A stretch of DNA of 64,000 bases from Camelus ferus (lineage: Eukaryota), in assembly GCF_009834535.1 (NCBI RefSeq), contig NC_045715.1:17918001-17982000 (forward strand), given 5' to 3'. The first letter of the stretch is position 1; every line of letters starts with the position of its first letter. Below are positions 24,528-37,105 of this stretch, in pieces. Below the pieces are notes generated by a model, which searched no databases, was not told where the DNA came from, and saw nothing but the letters and a program-made list of their open reading frames with translations. A program made the translations under genes and the position numbers.

Positions 24528-25421
24528 GGATTGAAGAAAGAGCAAGGGCCCTGGTGCAGCAGGAGCCCAGGGGCCGGGGGCCATGAACCGGTGATAGGCT
24601 CAGCCGAGGGGCCACAGGCCAGCCTCCTAGGGCCTCGCAGGCTGTAGTGTGGATTCTAGCCTGGGGCTGACCTGATCAGAGTAGCTGTTGAAAAGCTTGC
24701 TTTGGCTACTCTGTGGAAAGCAGGGTGAAGGAAGCAGCAATAAGAACAGAGCCAGCAGACAAGGAAACTGTAGCGTTAATCCAGGCACGAGATGATGCAC
24801 TAGGCTGGGGGAGGGGAGCAGGGCTGGTGGTGAGAAATGGTTGCATTATGGATATACTTTGAAGGAAGTTGCTGAAGGATCTATGAAGGATCACGTGATA
24901 GAAAAAGAAAAGTTGGAGGTGACTCTTATTTTATTATACTTTATCTTATTTGTTTTATTTTATTTGCCTGAGCAATGGGGTGATAGGTGATGCCATTTCT
25001 AAGATGATAAAGGCCAAAGAAGGGCAGTTTGGGGAAAATCAAGAGCAGGGAGGTCAGGGCTCTTGTTAATTTGAGATTCCAATCAGTCATCCAGCTGGTG
25101 GTAGCCTATAGATAGTTGAATGTATGAGTCTAGGGTTCAAGGCCAGAAATAAAAACCTAGGAGTCAGCATTTATTCATTCAGCCAGTATGTATTAAGCAC
25201 CTACTACATGTCAGATGCTGTTTTAGGCGTTGCCTATGTGGCACTGAAGTCCCTCATTCTACAACTGAGGGGAGGTGTAGGGAAACTCTCACTGGCCAAG
25301 AAGTGTGTCTTTTTGGGCTTTCTGGGGCTTTTTTCTACATTTGATTGGGAACTGTTTTGATGCTGAAAAGATGCCCTGACTTATTTATCAGCACATCTTC
25401 TAGCATTTAACAGCAAAGATA

Positions 25422-25905
25422 CATAGGCAGACCTCAGAGATATTGCAGGTTAGATTTCAGACCGCTGAAATAAAGCGGATATCACAATAAAGTGATTCAC
25501 ACAAAGCTTTTGGTTTCCCAGTACATATAAAAGTTATGTTTACTATACCGTAGGCTATTAAGTGTGCAATAGTATTGTGNNNNNNNNNNNNNNNNNNNNN
25601 NNNNNNNNNNNNNNNNNNNNNNNNNNNNNNNNNNNNNNNNNNNNNNNNNNNNNNNNNNNNNNNNNNNNNNNNNNNNNNNNNNNNNNNNNNNNNNNNNNNN
25701 NNNNNNNNNNNNNNNNNNNNNNNNNNNNNNNNNNNNNNNNNNNNAATCTTGGGAGAATGGCCAAAATATGACAGAGACGCGAAGTGAGCAGATGCTGCTG
25801 AAAGACGGTACTGATAGACTTGCTAGATGCTGGTTTGCCACAAACTGTCAATCTGTTAAAAAAAAACACATTATCTGCGAGGCGCAATAAAACGAGGTCT
25901 ACCTG
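25422..25905. mobile_element. Internally deleted Tigger1-family element (Tc1/mariner MITE), centre masked
   Basis: TIR-like ends (CA..GGCAGACCTC left, GAGGTCTACCTG right) flanked by TA. Both ends match Tigger1 termini. N at 25580-25744. Confidence 0.85.
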
Positions 25906-26302
25906 TACACAGGGAAGGGTTTAGAGATGGAAGTAGTGGGGAAAAACCCCAAAAGCTCCTTCAACACATTCCCCTGGAGTTGGATCTAATTAGCTCTGAG
26001 CACCAACTCCTGAGCTCAGCTACCCTAGCTGGAGACACCTGGGGATTTTCTAGAGCCTGTTGGCTCCAGGGGAGACGGCTGTAATCCTGAAATCACGAGG
26101 TCTGGGGCAGAGGCTGAGGGCTGCAAGAGGGTGGCAGCCACCCATAGCAGAGGAAGGGGCACCAGGAGGGAGCAGACAGGACGGTCATGGGGAGGGAAGG
26201 CAGCGCTGTGCCTCACTTCTCACAAGGTGAGACCAGGCACAGCCAGCAGGATGGATTCAGAAGGTGTGTGGGATCTCTGCCTCCCAGTCCCCCTCTCCCC
26301 AG

Positions 26303-26566
26303 GGTCACACTCCCTGCGCTACCTCTTCATGGGTGCCTCAGAGCCAGACCTGGGGCTGCCCCTGTTTGAGGCCTTGGGCTTCGTGGACGACCAGCTCTTC
26401 GTGTCCTATGATCATGAGAGTCGCCGGGTGGAGCCTCGCACCCCGTGGGTCTGGGGTCAGGCCACCAGCCAGCTGTGGCTGCAGCTGAGCCAGAGCCTGA
26501 AAGGGTGGGATCACATGTTCATCGTCGACTTCTGGACCATCATGGACAACCACAATCACAGCAAGG
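26303..26566 (+). CDS. HFE: HFE exon 2 (alpha1 domain)
   Basis: AG|GG TCA CAC...AAG G|GT; 264 nt; [17 protein letters not shown]...YDHESRR...NHNHSK. H63 (CAT 26413-26415) and S65 are wild type. Confidence 0.95.
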
Positions 26567-26645
26567 GTACGTGCAGAGGGGGACCCACCGTCCTGGGGTG
26601 GTTGGAGCACTTCCCTGCCTCAGGGATTCATCTGTTTAAACTACC

Positions 26646-26697
26646 TTTTTAAAACTGAAGTATAGTCAGTTTTACAATGTTGTGTTAATTTCAAGGA
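26646..26697 (-). mobile_element. Short L1 3'-end fragment in HFE intron 2
   Basis: TGAAGTATAGTCAGTTT(T)ACA, the same motif as the L1 3' end at 52344. Confidence 0.6.
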
Positions 26698-26808
26698 TGC
26701 ATCTTGAGGTAGAGAACTGGGTGTGTGAGACCCTGGGAGGGCAGGGAAGAGGGAGGGAGTTTGCTCCCTGTGGTCATTCCATCCCTGGATCCTGCTCCTT
26801 GGTTTCAG

Positions 26809-27108
26809 TACCGAAGCTGGGGCTGTGGCCAGAGTCCCACACCCTGCAGGTGATCCTGGGCTGTGAGGTGCACGCAGACAACAGCACCAGAGGTTTCTGG
26901 AAGTACGGGTATGACGGGCAGGACCATCTTGAATTCTGCCCCGAGACGCTGGATTGGAGAGCGGCAGAGCCCCAGGCCTGGGCCACCAAGCTGGAGTGGG
27001 AAGTGAACAAGATTCGGTCCAAGCAGAACCGGGCCTACCTGGAGAGGGACTGCCCCGAGCAGCTGCGGCGGTTGCTGGAGCTGGGGAGAGGGGTTCTGGG
27101 TCAGCAAG
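26809..27108 (+). CDS. HFE: HFE exon 3 (alpha2 domain); alternative acceptor at 26833
   Basis: (VPKLGLWP)[29 protein letters not shown]...GQQ, donor G|GTATGG. Two in-frame AG acceptors lie 24 nt apart. Confidence 0.9.
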
Positions 27109-27941
27109 GTATGGTGGGACAGATCTGGGGACGGTGCAGGGCACGGGATCCCCTGCTGGGCTTTCAGAGATGACCAAGGTGACTCTCTGAGAAGGAACTG
27201 AACTGAGGTCTGAGTTTTCCACCCTGAGGTCTGTGGACCTGAGGTCTCCACCTTAACAACCGAGATGTATTACACAGCCATCAGTCATGGTTTTAATTTG
27301 TTTTCCCACGCACATAGCTAAAGAAGAAGTAATTGTGATTTTTCTTTTGCTTTAATCAAAAATCCTACGTATGCTTATAACTTTTAGGAATTCAGAGATG
27401 TCAATTAGCACATGAATACCAAAGCAAGAAACTGCTAAGTGAGGCAACCAATCAGAATAGCAGAATCTTTTGGAAATGAAAGGTAACTTTCACAGAACAG
27501 GTTAAAGGAGAAAGGTGACTGTCACAGAACAGGGCAGTAGTCACTGAAGGCTGGCTACCTTACAAGGCCCCTTCTACAAGAATCCTTATTCGGTCAAACC
27601 AAGCGAAATTAGCGATAGTACGTACTCAATCATTTTTGATCCTCATAAGGGGTAATTTCATCTGACTCATCTGAATATATTAACAAGGAACAGAAGACGG
27701 GGACCCCAGGTGTACATATTTACATATGGAACAGAACAAGCCAGCATGACTCTGACTGTTCTCCATATGACACCACATAGGAACCCAATGTTGGAACATC
27801 TTTAGGACACAGAATGGTGTCTCTTCTGCAGCTTGCTTTCTCTTCTTCCTCCAACCCATAGAGAAAGGGAAGTGAAAGTTCTGGTCTTCCTGACACGGGC
27901 AGGAAGATCCCCTCTCCAGATCCTTCCCCCTTCCCGTCCAG

Positions 27942-28217
27942 CACCTCCTTTGGTGAAAGTGTCTCATCACGTGACCTCGGCAGTGACCACTCTACGGTGT
28001 CAGGCTCTGAACTTCTACCCCCAGCACATCACCATGAGGTGGTTGAAGGACAGGCAGCCACTGGATGCCAAGGACGCGGAGCCTGAGAATGTGCTGCCCA
28101 ACGGGGATGGGACCTACCAGGGCTGGGTGGCTTTGGCTGTGCTCCCTGGGGAAGAACAGAGATACACCTGCCAGGTGGAGCACCCAGGCCTGGAGCAGCC
28201 CCTCACTGCCTCCTGGG
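27942..28217 (+). CDS. HFE: HFE exon 4 (alpha3 Ig domain)
   Basis: 276 nt; PPLVKV...LRCQAL...[10 protein letters not shown]...SW. C225 (27998-28000) and C282 (28169-28171) equivalents are intact. Confidence 0.95.
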
Positions 28218-28349
28218 GTATGGATGAGAACCAGAGGCGGGGAAAACCTGGCATGGGTGGGATGGGAGTGGTCAACATTGCAGTGAGGGGAGGGTCTGCT
28301 CTGAGCTGGGACAGCAGTCACCAGCTGTCACTTACTTTTGATCTTTTAG

Positions 28350-28460
28350 AGCCCTCGCTGTCTGGCACCCTGGTCATTGGAATCATCAGCGGGATCGCTG
28401 TGTGTGTCATCATCTTTACTGGAATTTCGTTCAGAGTCTTAAAGAGAAGGCAGTCTTCGA
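28350..28460 (+). CDS. HFE: HFE exon 5 (transmembrane)
   Basis: TAG|AG CCC...TCG A|GTGAGT; 111 nt; [37 protein letters not shown]. Confidence 0.92.
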
Positions 28461-28596
28461 GTGAGTAAGAAAAAGGAACAGGCCTCTGAGGACCTCTGCC
28501 CCCAAAACCCACAAATTCTCCCGCAGAAAGTGGGGTGAGGATGGGGGTGCCAAGGAGGTTTGGCATCCATGAGAGGTCTTCTCTCTTTCTCTTTGA

Positions 28597-28670
28597 GGGG
28601 TGGAGCACATGCTTAGCATGTGCTTAGCATGCTTTGCAGGTACAATCCCCAGTACCTCCACTAAAAAAAT
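28597..28670 (+). mobile_element. Rearranged partial vic-1-like SINE in HFE intron 5
   Basis: ATGCTTAGCATG..CAATCCCCAGTACCTCCA plus A tail is similar to the 19900 SINE; TGCTTAGCATG is duplicated. Confidence 0.6.
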
Positions 28671-28779
28671 ACCGAATTTTTATTTGGGAGCCCTGGCACT
28701 TCCCTGGGAGCAGTAATGAATGGTTTCTCTTATAATGAAAGCTTGTAATTTAAAAAAACATTTTTTGAGTGACTGGTTT

Positions 28780-28814
28780 TTTGTTTGTTTGTTTGTTTGT
28801 TTGTTTGTTTGTTT
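28780..28814 (+). repeat. (TTTG)n microsatellite, ~8 units
   Basis: Direct reading. Confidence 0.9.
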
Positions 28815-29540
28815 TTGGCAAAGTGCTGTTTGAGGAATGCAGGTACTTTGAGGCTAAGTCACTGCTGCTATTCTCAGAACCCAAGTCTAGTAGGGAATGA
28901 AATCTGTAACACAGGTAAATGCAGTTAAAGAAGACCCCCAAAGGTCCTGAGGCTGACATGAAGCAAATGCTCTGGGGTGTCAAGGGAAGGGATGGCCACA
29001 TTCATCTAGGGATCGAGACAGGCTTCTGGATCTTGAAGAAGGAGGATTTCTTTAGGTGATGTTGAGGTTGAGGAGAGGTCTACACACATGGAGCAACCAC
29101 GCAAGTGGGAGAGTGTGAGGCACACTGGGTGGTGAAAAATGATTATCAAGACTCACCCCTGACTTCGCATACTTGTCAGTCTGCATTTCTCCTCTCGGAA
29201 GATCCATGGTGTTGGGGGAACAGGGGCAGACAGAAGCCAGCTCCTGCAGAGCCCTGGAGGCCTTTGGGATGGTACGTTGAGGTGAGGGAGGGTCAAGGCA
29301 GGGACCTAAATAAGCAAGCAGGGACCCAGTCTCCGAGGTCTGGAGAGTGGGTGTTAGGAGGTGAGATGGGAGGCAAGGAGACCAGTTAGAAAGCAATTCA
29401 GCTATTCCAGGGAGAGAATGGTGCCTGAAACCCAGGAGTTCCTTGGGAAAGGAGTGGTCAGAGTTGAGGTGGTGGTGGGGGAAGGGATGGGGAGGTGGTC
29501 TTAGGTCTGTGATGCCTCTTTCCTGGATGTATCTTTACAG

Positions 29541-29581
29541 GAGGAGCCTCGGGGGACTACGTCTTGGCTGAACGTGAATGA
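29541..29581 (+). CDS. HFE: HFE exon 6 coding part (cytoplasmic tail and stop)
   Basis: TTTACAG|GA GGA GCC TCG GGG GAC TAC GTC TTG GCT GAA CGT GAA TGA encodes RGASGDYVLAERE*; 41 nt as in human. Confidence 0.93.
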
Positions 29582-29657
29582 AGTGCAGCTTGCAGACCCC
29601 AAGTGGGGTGGAGACATGATTTGAGATTCAAAGTGAGGGTGCGCTGGTGGCAGTCTT

Positions 29658-29695
29658 CATGTTTCAGGACATGTTTCAGGACTTGTTTCAGGACA
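29658..29695 (+). repeat. 12-bp tandem triplication CATGTTTCAGGA in the HFE 3' UTR
   Basis: Copies at 29658, 29670 and 29682 (one mismatch). Confidence 0.9.
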
Positions 29696-32188
29696 GTTGG
29701 ACCTAAGAAATAGGAACTGTCTCAGGAATTCTGCTCTTAACCTTTCCTGGTTCACGCTCAAAACGTTCCCCCCATTTAGGTGTCTGAGTTCCCGTGTGCT
29801 AACAAGCCCCAGCTGTGAACTCTCCCCCAGAACTGGCTGTTGGGAATCCCAAGCTGCATCTAGAACCTGCCCTTACTTCCTGCATCACAGACTCCGTACA
29901 GCTCCCTCATCTCATCTCATCTCTTAAATGTGGGGGACTCCTGATTCCTTTGAATGTCTGAGAAAAGCTTGGAACCTTGTCTTCAGGACACGCACCCTAA
30001 CACCTCTACCAGAATTTGGCACACACACCCAGGCATTTCCTGAACCCACTCACGTTTCCTTTTAATCCTTTCTCGGTCATACAAGAACTCATCTGTCACC
30101 AAGCCCTGTGGTCTCTTCCATCCGAGGGAGATCTGGGCCATGGTACAGCTGTGCAGGCTGGGCACTGCACAACCTGAGAAGACCCCTTTCCCAGGAGAGG
30201 TATTGTGGATGTTTGCGTATATGATGATAGTTTTCTAGAAAACAGATGGGAAGTGCCTTGAGGAGGGATGTCTTTTTCTAATTTGCACAAAGGTGCCTGT
30301 AAGTTTCCTTAGATTAATGATCCCTGCTTTTACAGTGCCTCTCCTGTATACTGGACTTGAAGTAGCACGGTCTGTGGTCTCTCTTTGTTCTGATCATGAA
30401 AATGATAATAAAGCTGATGATGATCATGATAAAGTGGCTGACATTTATTTACAAAAGCACTTCCTTGATGTCAGACTTAATTCTGAGCTCCTACTTACAT
30501 GCATTATCTCATGTAATCCTCACAATAATTCTTTGGTGTAAGTAGTATTATCCTTTTTTTTTTTTTTTTTTTTTTTGTAAGATGAAGAAAGTACAGAGTA
30601 TCTCACAGCTTTGCTAGGGACAGAGACAGGTTTCAAACTCAGTCAGAAGGTTCAGGTGGCGGAGTAAATGCAGAAGGAAGGAGCTGGCTGTGGAAATGGC
30701 TCATCTCCTGTCTCATTGTCTGTATCTCAGTGAGTTTGACCCAAATGAAGGGAAAACAGTAGTCAATGATCTCAGCCACATTTCCTTTCAAAGTCCCTGA
30801 GGGAAGAACCCTTGAATGTGACTCCTTACTCCTCTGTTGCTGTGGCCAGTCAGCACTGTCTGACATCACTCGTAGGTCCCCAGGCTGGGGCTGTGATTGG
30901 GGATGTCAGTTAATGACTGTTGGACCTCACAGCGTCTTCCTTCAACCAGTGCTTCCGGGGTCAGAACCCTGGTGGCATTTCCCTCCATGAACTGGAGCAA
31001 CCTCTCTCATATTAAGGATGGAAAAACAGAAGCCACCAAGTGGCCAAAAGTGTATCCCGGCACCTTCCTGGGGTCCTTGGGAGTCTGGTTCTCATTCCAA
31101 TAATAATAATAATCTAATCAGGACACTCAGGAATTCGTAGATTCTGGGAAATTCATCCAATCATGTTCAGGCGACTTGTGTTCACTTCATGCTGCTACGT
31201 ATATTGGGTGGCATAATTGTGTACAAGGCTTCCTGTCTTGGAGGCCAAGTGCCTCAGACCTAATACAATTCAAAAGTATGTTTGGTAGATATTGAACTTG
31301 GGCAAAGAGACCACAGCTTATTTTTTTTAACTTTTCTTTTTTTCTGGTTATGAAAGTTAAGTGGATAAAAATACATATAATTTGTGCTTACTATAAAAAA
31401 ATTGGATGTGAATTAAATGGAAACATTCCAATAGCCAGTGATTAAATGCTATTAACAATTTGTGTATTTCCTCTCAGTATTATTGCAATATATTAAAGTA
31501 TACATAATTAATAAATATGTATGTTTTAATAAATGTATGGTTAATTGTGTTGTTTACCACATGATTTTCCTGATGTATTTGTCCATCTTATGTATCTATT
31601 TAATCGTCTTAATCATTACATCATTTCTTGGGAGTTATATTCCTTCTAATTTTATGTTTTGTCTTATGGAATATTTTCATTAAACTATGGTAGCTGAATT
31701 AATTGTTTTTCTTCACTCTCGAGACGTTATCATCTAAGTTGTAACACATTGGTCATTTTACCTCCAAACTATGGTGGAAGCACACTGATAGATTCTTTCT
31801 CTTTAAATATTCTATACTCAAAGCAGAATACCAAAAAGCTTCCTTGCTCATAATGAGCTTTCTATCTCATTAAGGATATGTTACAATTAGTTGGGCAACA
31901 GTTTGTTTTATATTGGTTTTATTTCAGACAGGCTGAAATTTCATAGAACACCCTACTCTTCACAGTAACACAGCTATTAACCGTTGGCAGCTGTGGCCTG
32001 TTAATTATTTTTATAACCGTAGTTATAAATCTACATTTTCTTTCAGTGTTTCTTAGCTCAATTTTTCTGACCTTGTTCATCAATTCTTAGGTCAACTCTG
32101 TTTGAAAAATCAGATACCTACCTAAAATGCCGTTATCTTATTTTGCCCCTGGGAAAACCACTTAGAAAGCGTAGTAGAAAGGAGAAGG

Positions 32189-32202
32189 GCGCCATCTGGT
32201 GG
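32189..32202 (-). promoter_or_regulatory. Candidate CTCF site, reverse
   Basis: Minus strand CCACCAGATGGCGC, essentially the consensus core; CpG retained in AT-rich surroundings. Confidence 0.75.
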
Positions 32203-35200
32203 CTATAGTAAAAAAGTCACAGTGGTCATGTGACTAGAGAGAGTTGGGGGCCGGGCTTCTCCAGAGAGGAAACGAAATGCATGAGGGGTGGAGAGCTGGC
32301 AATCACTTTTGGAAGAAAGCCCCAGAAAATTTCAAGAAGCAAGGAAGAAACAATTCACCAGCTGTTTGAATTGCTGGAATCACAGGAAACTGGGAAAAGA
32401 ACAGAAGGAAAACAAACAAACCTGGTGATCGATTGTTCAGACAACGAGCAGCAGTTAGTTAAAAAACCTATTGGGAGGTACAGGCAAAAATTCTTGTTAT
32501 GTTATATGATTATAATATAGCCTTAGACTACTGTGTACTTGATGCATTCTTCATGTACACAAACACATTTAAAAACAAAAGACCTTCTCTAAAATGCTGG
32601 AAGGCTCTTACAACCTACACTCTAATTTAATAATGACTAATTTAAAAAATGCATGAATTTAGCCATTAAAGATTTTCAGATGTGTGGACAGGGGTTTGTA
32701 ATTTTGTTTTTTTCAATAGACTCTGGATCATTAATTTTTTCTTCTTCCTTTTTGAATGAATGGTTAACATGTGGAATATTAGTACAGTATTAAATTATTT
32801 TGTGTGACAATTTTATTAAAAAGCCTGGGTTGCCTTAACATCCTGCCTGCATTTATTACTTGGCCTGGCATGCATGCTGGTATCTCATGTATTCCATTTC
32901 TGAGTAATTCTCTAAGGTGTTTATGCATGTGTATGAGAGATACACATGATGTGTTTTAAGCAATGCTTCTATAGCTTCTATTTCTTGGCTAGATGAATTT
33001 GCATTCTCCATAATGTCCTGTGGCATGAATATTTTCTAAAACTAATTTTTTCCAGCTAATAATTACTGAGTACTTACAAGATGCCAGGCCATGTCCTAAA
33101 TATTAATTTAATTTATCTGAAGAATCCTGTGAGGTAGAAACTCTTGTTATTCTGTTACCCTTAGTTTGCTATATGGAAACCAAGGCACAGAGAGGTTAGT
33201 TAACTTGCTGAAGGTCACACAGCTAGAAAATGATTGTGTCAAGTTTTTTTTCCAGCTAGCCTGGCTCATAATTCCTCTCTCCGAGTCAAGAAAACACATG
33301 GTTGGCATTGTTGCCAACTTTGGGGGATACTCTTTTAAGTATTCATTAAGCTGCCTAGTGGCAACACCTCTGATGTTTCCTAAGTGTGGAAAGTACCTGT
33401 TTTAACATTTCAGAATTTACCCTATAATTTTTTCATAAATATTTTGAAACATTTGGAAATTTGTTTTTCCTGTTCACACACAAAATTCTAACTATCAAAT
33501 GCACATTTCTGCTAATTCACTTTAGCATTTAGGGAGGAATTATGGGATGGGCAGCCTTGAAGCGCCTGTGAATCATTTTTGCACGAGATTTGGGTAGAAA
33601 GGATTGTTATTAAAAAAAAAAAAAGCAATTTCTGGCTTTTGATCCAAAAATTCTAAAAAAGAATTTTGCAATCTTCAGTACATTTTGTGAAGCGGGGAGA
33701 GTGAGGAACTGAGGATAGTACTAATATTTGTATAAACTTAGTGTAAGTCTTGTCAGTTAACCTGTCTCTGTGAGTTGATTAAATATCCTGGATTTTTTTT
33801 CTGTAAACAGAGTGACCACAATGGCATTTTCTTAAAACAGTCAATAACCAACTTGGATCCTGCCAAAAGAGCTTGACTATGTGTGCAAGAGAGCATCTGT
33901 TTTAAATATGGATGTAACAGTTAATGATCTTTCCTTTGTGTACATTTGGATTCACAGAGTCCGCATTAAAACAAATGCAAAATTTTTTTCTTCGTGCTTT
34001 GTGTGTTGTGTGATTAAGAAAGTATTCAACGGAATTTTGAAAATCGAATTTCATGACAAGCGTGTTTATAAAAATTTGGAAACAAATGTTTAAGAAAGGA
34101 TAATGTTAGAAATTCTCTTATCCAAAGAACATTTTCTTTGGTAGGTCAAAATGTATTAAGAATGTTAATGGGAAAAAGCCCACACAAGGACAGCAAGCCC
34201 AGAAAGTGCAAGTGACAAAAACCTGGAGTAAAAGAGTTTACACTAAAGAGAAGAAGCAAGAACATTTTCCTAGAAGAGTGAAGAGAGGAAGTGAGGAAAC
34301 TAGGGAGAGACATAGTATATGTTACGGAACTAAAAACATGCCAGTAGGAATGACAGTTTAATTCAGGAAAAATGAGTAAGAAAATGGGTCATACCAAAGT
34401 AAAGACTAAGAGGCTGAAAAAGAGAAATGCGTTGAAGACTTAGATGCGAAGGAGATAAATCAGTCAGGGACTAGAGGAGCTGTCTGCCCCAGACCAGGAG
34501 TGGTGTCCCCAAGTGCCTGGGGGTAACTACTGTGATGTTACAGGACCCAGGCAGGCTAAGTTGGATGAAATATACTTATGCAATTCCTCAACTATATTAT
34601 AGCTCAAAAGTATTTCTGCCCTGGGATTTCTTTGAACTAAAGTACAACTATACCCTGAAAAGTGTTGCTGTATGCTGGTAGTTCTCAACCCTGGCCGAGT
34701 ATCAGAACTCTTTGTTATATATATATATATATATTCCATAAAATGAATATACATCTATCATTCCTCAACTCTGATATTCAGATTGAATTAGTCTATGGAG
34801 GTTGGTTCTGGGCATTTTATATTTTTATAAGACGTTTGGTTAACATCAGTTTTATTTGTTTGACTACTTCATGAGTCCAATTAGCCAAAACTTCTTTGCA
34901 GGGTTTTTAGCTGAAGGGGCCCAGATCACATGTTGAATGAATGGGATTTTGTGAGGGCAGGTTCACTCTGAGGATGAGAGGTGGGGGAAAAGGAAGAATA
35001 AGAAGCCATATCTGTCTCAGAATAACCCATCGTCCCTCAAGCCACATGACCCAGGAAAACCTGAACTCTTCCCAGAGAGGAAGGATCCCACTTTAATGTC
35101 TATGTGTGAACACCTTTTGAATATTTCTGTCCTGCCATTCATGATTTTGGAGTCAATATCATTGGGAAAATTATAGAGAAGAAGAAATTAGAAGGGAATA

Positions 35201-36643
35201 AGAAAGGAACAATATTGTACATACTCTATTTTTTATTTATTTCGGTGAATTAAAAAGTAATAAGAGATTTCAGTTTTGCCTACGACCGCAGACCTTCTGC
35301 TTTTCCTCTGTAATGTTTGATGTTTCTTCCTAGCTAAGTCTCCCTTTATAATGTGGGCGATTGTGCTGGGAGAAGGTAGTGAAATTCAGGAGCTAAAAAC
35401 TCTCATTTTAGGGCAGAAAAGCAAAATTATTTAATTATTTCAAAAGTGATATAAACCCTATGCCATCAGAGCTTTCCTGCCCTCCTGGGTCTTTTCTCTC
35501 CATCCCCGGGTCTTGTCTCCCTTTTCATCTAAGTCTGAGGTGGTCTCTCTCAGGCTATAATCTTATTATAAATCTCCACAGTGGGCATTTATTAATTAAT
35601 TTAGATAGGGGAAGGTGTATCTTTTTTTTTCTTTTCTTTTTCTTTTGACTCTTACTGTGGAAATGTCCAAAAGCTGCAGTAGGAAGTTAAGGAGAAACTT
35701 TCTGATGTGAAAAGTCTTTCTCTTCAGACCACTCTCAGATACAATTCTGCACTAACAAGAAAGAAAGACAGACAGAAAGAAAAAGGGGTCGCTGTAGGGA
35801 GGATTAGCCATGTTCAAAACACCACTAATCTCATTAAAGTACTCCCAGGGGGAGGCCCCTGTAGGCTTTGTAATGACCTAAATCAAGTATTAGCCCTTCC
35901 CTAAAATTAACCCCACGTTCTACAAAACGCACGTTCTTGTCTCTAAAACTGGAGAAGGCTGAAAAAGGATTAATAAAGGAAGGAAGGGAGCTTGTTAGGA
36001 ATTGCAGGACCATCAGACAGGCCAGCAGGCCAAGGGGCAACTGATTATCGATGTTTCGTTTTCTCTTTCGTGGCTGTCTCACAGACTTAGTCAGAAAAGG
36101 GATTCACGCAGTTCATGTTTGAATGGAGAAAGAGAAGAAAAGGAAGAAGTTTCCATTTGCAATTGTCTGTCTATCATTTTATTTTTCAAAACACCGGACT
36201 TTTAGGGCCACAGCTTCTTCATGGCCTGATTTATAATCTGTCCGGTCAAAATTCATCCTTTAAAATAGAAAGAGCAAAAGAACTGAGAGGGAAATTCCCT
36301 TGAGGTAAAAAGTCATCTTCCTTTATATGTTATTTCTACACTCCCCAAGGAACCATTATCTAATTTATTAGCTACCACGTTACCAAAAAGAAATGAGTGG
36401 AGCTCTTTGCTCAGCGTTTTTAGCTGATTGGGATACCTTCACCTTGCAAACGCGCGCAGGAAAAAAAAAGTGCGCGATAAAAGAGAAACTAAAGCTTTTC
36501 GGCGTATTGAAAGCCGCCTTCCTTTCCGGCTCGCCCAGCGAAGAGCGAGGTTTCCCGACCAATCAAAACATTGAAATGTTAATCATCTCTTCCTTGCTCC
36601 ACCCTTCGATGACCTAATTTGTAAAACCAACCGAACGTCTTGT

Positions 36644-36675
36644 TTTCAAACAGGTCCGCAAAAATAGTATTTAAA
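36644..36675 (+). promoter_or_regulatory. H4 promoter: site II (HINFP-type) and TATA
   Basis: TTTTCAAACAGGTCCGC with the GGTCCG core at 36653-36658; TATTTAAA at 36668-36675. Confidence 0.8.
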
Positions 36676-36693
36676 AAGCATTGTGGAGGCTGA

Positions 36694-37026
<333 letters not shown>

Positions 37027-37065
37027 GAGTATGAGATTCGGTATTCTTCAAACTTTGAAAACAAA

Positions 37066-37105
37066 GGCCCTTTTCAGGGCCGCCCACACAGTCATGAAAG
37101 AGCTG
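37066..37105 (+). terminator. H4 stem-loop and HDE
   Basis: GGCCCTTTTCAGGGCC at 37066-37081; GAAAGAGCTG at 37096-37105. Confidence 0.92.

Noticed and set aside
27203-27247. Three spaced CTGAGGTCT direct repeats in HFE intron 3
   Set aside because: Short, irregularly spaced and not palindromic; not CRISPR-like, and no function can be supported.
26413-28171. Haemochromatosis-type HFE alleles (H63D, S65C, C282Y)
   Set aside because: All three equivalent codons encode the wild-type residue.
30407-31533. HFE poly(A) site (AATAAA at 30407, 31510 and 31528)
   Set aside because: Several candidates lie in AT-rich DNA and a non-coding last exon is possible; I cannot choose from sequence alone.
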